This document shows positions 8,897 through 17,500 of a stretch of DNA of 57,475 nt, one piece after another. Origin of the DNA: an uncultured virus (IMG/VR IMGVR_UViG_3300008116_000021) (taxonomy: Duplodnaviria > Heunggongvirae > Uroviricota > Caudoviricetes). The DNA lies in IMG/VR virus record IMGVR_UViG_3300008116_000021. One strand, 5' to 3'. The notes below the pieces were generated by a model. The model was not told the origin of the DNA. It saw only the letters and a list, made by a program, of their open reading frames with translations, and ran no database searches. Within the stretch, counting starts at the first letter, position 1. The number at the start of each line of letters is the position of its first letter. The position numbers were made by a program, and so were the translations under genes.

Positions 8897-9101
8897 GTCC
8901 TAAACATTTCTCAAACTTATCTCTCATCTCATTAATCTTGACCTGATGCTGAAATTCCATAATGTGGTCCTTTATTTCCTTCTCTTCATCAGTCAGTTCC
9001 AAACGATATTTGAGTTTAACATCAACAAGACGTACCATTTCCATATAGAACTCGGTGCCTTTATGAATAAACTCGTCGTATGTCAATCTCTGGTCCTCCA
9101 A
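8880..9101 (-). CDS. hypothetical protein
   Basis: 73-aa ORF; true start may be TTG at 9086. Confidence 0.65.
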   Translation of the reverse strand: MEDQRLTYDEFIHKGTEFYMEMVRLVDVKLKYRLELTDEEKEIKDHIMEFQHQVKINEMRDKFEKCLGLDEQG

Positions 9102-9406
9102 TCAGTTTCGTCTTCATCACGTTTAAACCAATCATGTAAGTCATCTACACTATCAAAACCGCGACGACCAAATCGTTCATGACCTAAACCACCAATATCC
9201 AACTGATTCATAAAATCATCTAAGTCACCCTCAACCATATCAGGGTTTTCTGCTCTTCTTCTTGCCTGACGAAGCATTGTACCAGCAGAGCGGTTTGCCT
9301 TGGCAAGTTTCTCTGCCCAAATCATATCTTCAAGACTGACTTCTTCGTGTAGAACGATCTTTTCACAGATTGCTTCCAGTCTCAATCTATATTGTGTGGA
9401 TAACAT
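9083..9406 (-). CDS. conserved cyanophage hypothetical protein
   Basis: MLSTQYRLRLE.IC..I...EEV.LEDMIWAEKLAKAN motif. Confidence 0.8.
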   Translation of the reverse strand: MLSTQYRLRLEAICEKIVLHEEVSLEDMIWAEKLAKANRSAGTMLRQARRRAENPDMVEGDLDDFMNQLDIGGLGHERFGRRGFDSVDDLHDWFKRDEDETDWRTRD

Positions 9407-9425
9407 AAGTCTTTCCAGATATAGT

Positions 9426-9662
9426 TTATTTATTTTTAGATTCTAATTCTTTCATCAACTCTTTGGCAAGTTGATTTGAGCGTCTCCACATTAAATACTT
9501 GACAATCGGATTGCGTGGATTATTCTTTATCCACCAGATTTGTCTTACTATCTTATTTTTTACAATATCAAAAATATACACAAAAGCATCAGCAACATTT
9601 CTGTCGCTGATGATTACATAAGCAATGATAGCAAGTAAAGCAAACCAGGCGTAGTAAGTCAT
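9426..9662 (-). CDS. small membrane protein
   Basis: N-terminal TM helix, P.NPIVKYLMWRRS motif. Confidence 0.7.
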   Translation of the reverse strand: MTYYAWFALLAIIAYVIISDRNVADAFVYIFDIVKNKIVRQIWWIKNNPRNPIVKYLMWRRSNQLAKELMKELESKNK

Positions 9663-9829
9663 CGTCTTAGAATTTTTAGATATTCTAGCACATGTTCCCG
9701 AACTGCCATGAGTTCATTGTAACATTTTTGATTGTGAGCACACTGACGAAGTTCGTGGTCTGGTTTGTGTACACTTTCAATAAACAAATCCAGTCCTCGG
9801 TTCCATTTAACGTCTTGTGCTTCATCCAT
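9659..9829 (-). CDS. conserved hypothetical protein (56 aa, not in ORF track)
   Basis: MDEAQDVKWNRGLDLFIESVHKPDHELRQCAHNQKCYNELM...; ATGA overlap with the next gene. Confidence 0.75.
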   Translation of the reverse strand: MDEAQDVKWNRGLDLFIESVHKPDHELRQCAHNQKCYNELMAVREHVLEYLKILRR

Positions 9830-9852
9830 AATGTTCAATGTAATTGTACTAT

Positions 9853-10107
9853 TTAACTAAAAAATTGATCGATACTTGTAGTCTTTTTCTTTGATGCATT
9901 GACTTGCTTCAAGATGTAAGACTTTGCCGATGAATAATTGTTAGCGGTGTGAACTTGCTGCCCGTTATGAATGATAATGAATTTTTTACCAGTCCAGGGG
10001 ACAGCAGCCCACATTCCGTCTTTAGTCACATAACCTTCTGGATCTCCTGGTTTAGGATCAAGGACACCAGGACGAGGAACAAATGGTTTGAGAAAGTTTT
10101 CGCTCAT
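9853..10107 (-). CDS. conserved cyanophage hypothetical protein
   Basis: GYVTKDGMWAAVP..KKFIIIHNGQQV motif. Confidence 0.75.
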   Translation of the reverse strand: MSENFLKPFVPRPGVLDPKPGDPEGYVTKDGMWAAVPWTGKKFIIIHNGQQVHTANNYSSAKSYILKQVNASKKKTTSIDQFFS

Positions 10108-10247
10108 CCGAATACTGCAGTGACACCAACAACTTTAGCAGTAGGATTACGTGCTAGAGCAGTACGACGGGCATCTTCATAGTCCCGTGCTTCAACAATT
10201 TCATCAAAAGTGCGACCAGCGACGTAGAGTTGGACTTTGCAGCGCAT
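10104..10247 (-). CDS. conserved hypothetical protein (47 aa, not in ORF track)
   Basis: MRCKVQLYVAGRTFDEIVEARDYEDARRTALARNPTAKVVGVTAVFG; strong AGGAGG RBS. Confidence 0.8.
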   Translation of the reverse strand: MRCKVQLYVAGRTFDEIVEARDYEDARRTALARNPTAKVVGVTAVFG

Positions 10248-10273
10248 TAGGGGGTTCCTCCTTGTGTGTGAGT

Positions 10274-10302
10274 ATTATAGCAGAAAAGTCAGCGCCTGAC
10301 AA
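10274..10302 (-). promoter_or_regulatory. sigma70-like promoter TTGTCA-N17-TATAAT
   Basis: Hexamers with 17-bp spacing upstream of the AGGAGG RBS. Confidence 0.7.
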
Positions 10303-11470
10303 TGCTGATGGCAGGTTGACCCTGTTGGAATACGGTGTCTACGACCGCCTGAACGCTCTTGGCGGTGCTGATGCCCACCTTGTCATAGACAGGCACACAG
10401 ACCAGTCCAAACGTCTTCTGGGCGCCCCCCAGGCGGATCACACGCCCGATGCTCTGGGAGATACCGATGTAGTCCATGTTCCGCATGAACAACACTGCCT
10501 CCAAACCAGACACATTGATACCCTCAGACAGAATGCTGTGGTGCAGAACCACAAACTTCTTAGAGGAGTCTTTGCCCCAGGCATTGAGAGTATCAAAGAA
10601 CACCTCACGATTAACCTTCTGACCATCAATCACGGCACCAGTCTTGGAAGTAATATACATCCAAGAATATCCACGCTCCTTGAGGTCAGAGCAGAAGTCA
10701 GACTGAGAGACCAGATTGACGATCTGTTTGGTAGAACGAGCACAGATCAGAATCTTATCCAAACCATTATCATCAATCGTCTCCAGCAGATTAGCAGAGT
10801 CACGATCAGCAATCATCTGCTTGTCCTGAACCATCTCAAGTTGCTTCACGACAACTTTAGGGGGCAATATGTATCCTTGATCCACCAGTTCGGGAGCAGG
10901 GACATTACAGATCACTTGACCATAAACCTCGGGCATGTTCATCCCAGGTTTGGAAATCGTAGCAGAATGCTTAGGAGTAGCAGTGAAGAAATAACAGCGG
11001 TCAGCAACAGAAGAGAAGTGCTCCGTAGCAGGGAAAAAGTTACGTTGGACCGAGTTGTGTGCCTCATCAAAATAAATGGTATCGACATGAATATCTGCCT
11101 GCTGCAGACGTTGCAGGGAGTTGTACGTGGTGAAGATAAGTTTATGACCTTGAGTTGCTTCTACCCAAGTGCGGATTACATTAGGACGAGTGCTGCTGAA
11201 GTGGTGCGTCTCACCGCTGTGAACGTGAAGAACTTGTGCGTTGGTGATAAACTCAAGAAACTCACTAGATAACTGCTCTGCCAGCAAGATGCGCGGGCAG
11301 CACACTACAATGGTCTGAGGAGTATCTTTCAGAAACTGACGGATGGCATCGAAGATCATCGTAGGAGTCTTACCAGCACCCGTTGGCATCACCAGTTGAC
11401 CCAGTTGATGCTGTTCCATAGCATCAAGACCACGTTGCTGGTGAGGACGAAGTTCGAACACAGGTCTCAT
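10289..11470 (-). CDS. superfamily 2 (DEAD/ResIII-like) helicase
   Basis: LRPHQ Q-motif, MPTGAGKT Walker A, FDEAH, FTATP, LSEGINV, QSIGRVIR. Confidence 0.9.
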   Translation of the reverse strand: MRPVFELRPHQQRGLDAMEQHQLGQLVMPTGAGKTPTMIFDAIRQFLKDTPQTIVVCCPRILLAEQLSSEFLEFITNAQVLHVHSGETHHFSSTRPNVIRTWVEATQGHKLIFTTYNSLQRLQQADIHVDTIYFDEAHNSVQRNFFPATEHFSSVADRCYFFTATPKHSATISKPGMNMPEVYGQVICNVPAPELVDQGYILPPKVVVKQLEMVQDKQMIADRDSANLLETIDDNGLDKILICARSTKQIVNLVSQSDFCSDLKERGYSWMYITSKTGAVIDGQKVNREVFFDTLNAWGKDSSKKFVVLHHSILSEGINVSGLEAVLFMRNMDYIGISQSIGRVIRLGGAQKTFGLVCVPVYDKVGISTAKSVQAVVDTVFQQGQPAISIVRR

Positions 11471-11471
11471 C

Positions 11472-11539
11472 GCGTATGAAACTATTATAGCAGAAAGGGG
11501 TCCCCGAAGGAACCCCCTGTGCCAGTTATGTAAGTGTCC
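11472..11539 (-). promoter_or_regulatory. early-type promoter: GGACACTT-N4-AACTGGCACA-N28-TATAAT-AGTTTCATACGC
   Basis: Same motifs as 5706-5774; -10 box at 11484-11489. Confidence 0.65.
11492..11517 (-). terminator. intrinsic terminator hairpin with UUCG loop
   Basis: GGGGTTCC-TTCG-GGGACCCC followed by TTTCT, downstream of the 997-aa gene. Confidence 0.65.
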
Positions 11540-14533
11540 TTAAGTGACTCCTGACCCCTGTACGACAAATGTATTTGTTCCTACACATAAAAGTCTAGCA
11601 ACTGTTCTTTGAGCTAGAGTTCTATTTCCTGTAGTTGCAGTACCACTAAGATACATTGTAACACCTGCACCCTGAGATAATGTTTGAGATAATGCAGTGT
11701 TATTATAAATTAACACTTCATCACCAATAGAAAAGACACCCGATGGAACTGTAGCAATTCCTGCAGAAGTTGAGAACGAAATATGCTTACCAGCATCACT
11801 AGAAGCAAGAACATAACCAGTTAAAGAAGATTGAGCATTTTGAGGATAACTCCTTACATTTCCAATCGAATCACTAATTGTACCCGTTGATGTGATATTA
11901 TCCTGAACGTCTAAGGTGCCTCCTGCAGAATCAAGAATAAGATTTCCAGAAGCAGTATCAATTTCATTAACTGCCGTTGTACCGACTCGAATATTTTGAT
12001 GATGTGATCCAGAGGCAAATGTAGAAACTCCAGTTGACTGATAAATTGCTCCACTAACTGTGAGTTTTGCATTTGTTAATGTTGTTGTTCCAACTCCAAG
12101 ATTAAACTGACTATTACCAACTAACCAATATTCACAAGTATTAGAGGCATTAACACCAATTGCTAGTACTTTATTGCCAGGGAATGGTGGAGCAAAAAAT
12201 CCGTTAGCAACACTTGTGCTAAGTCCAGCTGCAGTTGTTCCTGGGCGACCAGCAAATACATCACCATTACTACCAGCAGTGTTTGTTCCTACACCAATAA
12301 CAACGTTGTGAGAAACGTTTAGGTGTCCTTGAGCAGAAGCTCTTCCTGCTTTATATCCAAGACAAAGATTATTGTCACCAGCAATATCAAATCCAGAACG
12401 ATCTCCAAGGAAAGTATTGTATCTTGCACTTGCACTCAAACCAGAACCAACTCTAGTTCCGATAAAGACGTTACTTGTTGCACCTAAACTTACATAGTTC
12501 CCAGTGATGTATCCTTGCTGAGGAGATCCAGCAGTTCTGTCATGAGTGCTATTTGAATCATATTCAACACCAAGAACAACGTTTGGCCAAACAATATATC
12601 CTGCGGGTTGCCATAAACTATTTTGGTGGAAATATTCTGGTCTACGAGAACTTCTTTCTTGAATAAATCCCCCACTTCCCAGATCAACATCATAAACAAG
12701 AGCTTCTCTTTCAGCTCTTGTTAATTGTGGAGCATAGAAAACTGCCCTTCTCGTTGCACTATAATTAGCACATCTTAAGTCAACAGCACCAAAAGGAACA
12801 TTGGTACCAACTCCAATGAATCCATTTACTTTTGGATTGGCACTATTTCCAACAAGAATAACGTCCGCATTTACTGCAACAATATCCCTACCAAAAACTG
12901 ATAATCCAGTTGCATCCACAAAACTATTATCTGGTCCTGGAATGGTATCCAGACTGATTGTAGCACCTATTGAAACTCTATCTCTGAATAATGCTGTGCC
13001 TCCACTTACAAAAGCAGCAGCTGCTGATGTCGTTGTTCCGATTCCAACATTAGCAAAATGAGCACTAATAGTCTTACCATCTAATCCAAGACCAGCTGCT
13101 GGAAGAGTTGTTCCTATTCCCAATATTGCATCATTGGTTAGATATAACCTATTAAGAGTGCTGATTCCAGTAGTAACGTTAATATTTGTTGGTATTGCAG
13201 GAGGATTTCCACCACCACCGAGAGTAAATCTTGAGGATCCAGATCCAAAGGTTAATGTTCCAGCGGCAATGAAATTACCAGCAACTGTTAGATCGGAAGT
13301 AATAGTTCCTGTACCAACAACATGCAAGTTAAAGCTTGGATTTGTAAGTCCGATTCCAAGTCTTCTATCAGATAATGCTGGTCCTGCTGTTAAGACTGCT
13401 GCAGCAGAATTATCTTGTCCATAAAGCCATTGGAATGATCCAGTTCCAATTCCTGGTTGACCAGCATGTAAAACTGAAATGAGAGAACCTGTTCCTCTGT
13501 TAATGATCTCAAGAGTTCCTCTTGTCGCACCATATCTTAAATATCCAGTGCTATTTCCAAGACCCACTGAATTTCCTAATGAAATTCTTGATTCTCCACT
13601 TGGATTAACAACTTCAATCGTTGGATTAGCAGAAAGTCCGTTTTTAAAGATTTGAAGTTCTACAGTTGGGAGTGCAGTTCCTACACCAATTCTTCCAGAC
13701 TCTACAGCAGCAACGGCAGTTCCACCAACACCAACTCTGAAAATAGTTAGAATAGTAGCAACTCCAACGGTTGCAAATGGACTATTTAAAGCAGTGGCAG
13801 TTACAATTCCAACATTAATACTTGGTTGTCCAGTCAATGCAAGCGCAGAATCTGCGGTAATAGAATTACCATTGATATTACCAAAGAAACTTCCATAGAA
13901 ATTAGTTGCTGTAATGCTTCCAGCAATACTAATAGGTGAAGGTAATTTATCGTTAGGAAGAACAGGTAAAACTGATGTGCTAATAACACCATTTGTAATA
14001 TTTTGTCCTGTAAGTGCGGTAATTCCAGCACCACTACCAACAAAAGATGCAGCACTGACAATGCCAGATGCTCTCATATCACCTACGGTATTAAATCCGA
14101 CACCAAGTTGTCCAACAAATGGATTTCCACCGATTTGGAATGTGTTTCTCGGATCAAGTGTTGCAATACCAACAAATCCAGCAGCATAAATGCTGGTGAA
14201 TCCTAAACCAACATCAACGTCAACCCACTGAGAAGTTGGTAAGTTGGACAATGTAGCGCCGTTTCCATAAAAAGAAGTAGCAGTAATTGATCCGCTACTT
14301 CCAACAACTCTAACTGTTGATCCAACTCTAAGAGTATTATTAATTGTTGCGATGCCACTTACAAAAGCATCAGTGGCAGTCATTAATCCAACTACTCTGG
14401 CATTACCTCTTACGTCTAGACGTTCGGTTGGAACTGTGGTGCCAATTCCAACCAAAGTACCACGTACTACGAGATCTTTATCATCGACCTGAACACCATC
14501 ACGAAAATTAAAAGTCTTCCTGATATTCGCCAT
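11540..14533 (-). CDS. tail fibre-like virion structural protein
   Basis: MANIRKTFNFRDGVQVD N-terminus, repeated VGIGTT.P motifs, Gly/Thr-rich; late promoter upstream. Confidence 0.8.
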   Translation of the reverse strand: MANIRKTFNFRDGVQVDDKDLVVRGTLVGIGTTVPTERLDVRGNARVVGLMTATDAFVSGIATINNTLRVGSTVRVVGSSGSITATSFYGNGATLSNLPTSQWVDVDVGLGFTSIYAAGFVGIATLDPRNTFQIGGNPFVGQLGVGFNTVGDMRASGIVSAASFVGSGAGITALTGQNITNGVISTSVLPVLPNDKLPSPISIAGSITATNFYGSFFGNINGNSITADSALALTGQPSINVGIVTATALNSPFATVGVATILTIFRVGVGGTAVAAVESGRIGVGTALPTVELQIFKNGLSANPTIEVVNPSGESRISLGNSVGLGNSTGYLRYGATRGTLEIINRGTGSLISVLHAGQPGIGTGSFQWLYGQDNSAAAVLTAGPALSDRRLGIGLTNPSFNLHVVGTGTITSDLTVAGNFIAAGTLTFGSGSSRFTLGGGGNPPAIPTNINVTTGISTLNRLYLTNDAILGIGTTLPAAGLGLDGKTISAHFANVGIGTTTSAAAAFVSGGTALFRDRVSIGATISLDTIPGPDNSFVDATGLSVFGRDIVAVNADVILVGNSANPKVNGFIGVGTNVPFGAVDLRCANYSATRRAVFYAPQLTRAEREALVYDVDLGSGGFIQERSSRRPEYFHQNSLWQPAGYIVWPNVVLGVEYDSNSTHDRTAGSPQQGYITGNYVSLGATSNVFIGTRVGSGLSASARYNTFLGDRSGFDIAGDNNLCLGYKAGRASAQGHLNVSHNVVIGVGTNTAGSNGDVFAGRPGTTAAGLSTSVANGFFAPPFPGNKVLAIGVNASNTCEYWLVGNSQFNLGVGTTTLTNAKLTVSGAIYQSTGVSTFASGSHHQNIRVGTTAVNEIDTASGNLILDSAGGTLDVQDNITSTGTISDSIGNVRSYPQNAQSSLTGYVLASSDAGKHISFSTSAGIATVPSGVFSIGDEVLIYNNTALSQTLSQGAGVTMYLSGTATTGNRTLAQRTVARLLCVGTNTFVVQGSGVT

Positions 14534-14549
14534 CTTAAAATGTTTTTAG

Positions 14550-14557
14550 TTATTTAT
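14550..14557 (-). promoter_or_regulatory. T4-type late promoter (ATAAATA)
   Basis: GATAAATAA shortly upstream of the ATG at 14533; similar boxes precede 19935, 25755, 32119, 47010 and 53267. Confidence 0.6.
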
Positions 14558-17500
14558 CAATCTGATAACAAACCCCTTTCTCTGGCAATATTTTCCAGTG
14601 TTTCAACTTTATGTGTCAGTTCCTTAATTGATTCAATTAGAAGTGGAGTTATCTTATGATAATCAACGGCGAGATATCCGTTATCTCTTTCTCTAACTGC
14701 TTCTGGGAGAACTTCTTGAACTTCTTGTGCGATAACACCAATGTCAAGTCCTTCTTTTTCAGATTTTTCATTCCAGGTATAAGTATTACCACTTAGTGCA
14801 TTAACTTTTTCAAGAGAATTAGGAATTGGAGTAATGTTATCTTTTAATCTCTTATCTGAAGCATAGAATGCAGTGATGTCGCCTGTTACATCTAGTGGTC
14901 CAGTTACAAGTACACCTGCACCAGCAGCAGTATTTCTGCATCTCAATCTTTCATTTCCACTATCAGTCTGGAAGATAATTGCAGAGTTGTCTATCTGACT
15001 GATAATTGCACCACCAGAAGACGAAGAAATATTCAGTCTGTTTGCATTCCCTCCAGTCTCACTAATTCCAAGTGAACCTTCTACACGAACACTTGATTTA
15101 GCATTTAATTGTGCATCAAAAGTCGAAGTGCTAGTTACATTAAACGTACCACCAACAGAAACGGCAGTTGCAACAAATAGTTTTTTCTTAATTGCAACAC
15201 CACCACTAAAGATGACTGATGCAGTATCAGTTGCTAATACACCTGTTGCTTCAGTTGCATTTGTATACAGAGATAATCCTGTTACTTTATGAACACCATT
15301 GGTAGTTGTGTTGCTATTAAACTTCAGTTCTTTATTGAAGCTAACTGGACCATCAAATTGTGATAGAACTGTGCCTGAAGAACCACCTTCAACGATAATT
15401 CTTTCTTTGGCAACAATTTCATCGAATACAACACTCAATCTAGAAGAATCTTGTCCTGCAGTTGTTGGAATTGGAATATCAAACGTCTTCTGAGTTCCAG
15501 ATGAAGATGCATACTTAGTATTTCCTACGAAGAAGTCACCATTACCATTCATTCCAGTGTAGGCAACATTACCACAAGATCTTTCTTGTGCCTGTACCAG
15601 GAAGTCCTCTCTTTCACTTAGAGTTTTAACCTGAACCTGTGGTAGACCAGTTGAATAGTTACCAGGACCATATCCAAGATATTCAAATGTGTGACCAGAT
15701 GCACGAATAATCGAAGGTCTGCGAGTTTCAACCGCGATTGGATGAATCTTTCTGAGGAATTGACCAGTAGAATGATTCTCTCTAGGAGTTCCTAAAGCAC
15801 CACGAATTACGCTGATTTCATCAAGTCCAGATCCTGTTAGAGAACTGGATGTGATTCTCATAATTTCGTTTCCAGATTGGATGTAAGATCCCATTGGGAA
15901 TCTTGTAACCGTACCAATACCAGAACTCTTCGCTTTTACTCTAAGGATTGATTCTGTAGTAATTCCTGCTTGTAGAACTAGGTCTTCACCAGAATAGAAA
16001 GATAATCCTCTTGTACCAAGATTCTCAAAGGAACTGTCAGATGTTGTATCACCTGCAACCAGAGCAGTATGATAGAGGAATGTTGGAGATACCGATGCAT
16101 TTGTTATGGCAGTAAATGTATTGACCCCAACTCTTTCTCTAACATTATAATCACCAATAACATTATTAGTAGATCCAACCAACCTAAATTTTTCTCCAGC
16201 AACTAATCCATGTGAGAATGCACAAGTAAATGTTGTGATTCCACTTGCAGAATCATATACATTTGAAGATACGTTAACTGCTGGACCAACGTTAATTGCA
16301 TATTGACCAGAAATAATTTTTGGATATGATGAAGTAATTGCAAAAGTAAGTTGATTCTTTGCAGGAACTGAACTGATTCTAACATATCCATCGGAAGTGG
16401 TACCAATACCAGTTACATGCAATACATCACCAATATTAGTGCTAATACCAGCTGTTGCAATTGTTATTCTTGCACCAGTTCCACCACCCAAAGCAGTGCT
16501 ATCAAAATCTAATGTTTCTCCATTTGTATATTGAGAACCACCATTGGTAATTGTTGCGGCAGTAACAACACCAGATGCAACGGTAACTCTTGCAAGGGCA
16601 CCATCCCAGTTTAGAGTTGTTGTATTATAGAGTTTTACATTATGATATGTTCCACTTTGAGTATATCCAGATCCTGGTATTAAAGTACTATAGGTTGTAA
16701 TCCCGCCATATCCATGATTTCTATCAAGAGTAATTGTTGCAACACCAGCAGTAGCAGTCGTAAAGAATGTTGTTACTCCAACAATTTTTAGTCCTACACC
16801 AAGATCTTTCAGAGTTTTATCAATACTTTCTCTTGTAATACTCTTAGAGATATCATTTGTAACAACTTCGCCTAGAGGACTTCTCTTAGCATAACTTTGA
16901 GTTGATTGTGGATTGTCATCGATATTATCTTTATCATTCTGTGGATACAGATCAGTAATATTTTGATTGTACTTTAGGTCTGTGAATTCGGTTTCAACTG
17001 CATTCGATGCATTGAGAATATAAACGTGATAAATGCCATCCTGAATATCTTGAATGTATGGTTTAATAACTTCACTTCTATAGATGTAAAGATTTGACTT
17101 AAGATCATTTCTTTCAAATCTAGGTAATGCTGTTGTTCTCGAATTAATATTTGTATTAAATGTTCCGACACCATGTACAACTCCAAGAACATCAGTTGTT
17201 GTATATTGGAACTGCATGTCATCAACAAGTGCTGTGACTTCAAAAGTTCCATTAAATCCAAGATTTAATGTTGCTTGTGGATTTGCTGTACTTGCAACAT
17301 TTTTGATGTTTACAATATCACCAGCATTTAAATTGTGAGGTAAGTCACAAACAACTGTGATAGTATTAGAAGCAACAGTACAGGTTGTGATGAATCTTGG
17401 GTTTCTATTATATCCATAATCATCTTGTCCGATCGTCGTCAGAGAGAAGTCTGTATTTCTTCTCGCACCAGTATTGCTGGATTCTTGGATAACATATCCA

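Noticed and set aside
10151..11272. 373-aa plus-strand ORF
   Set aside because: Antisense shadow of the helicase, expected from its codon bias; no motifs or RBS.
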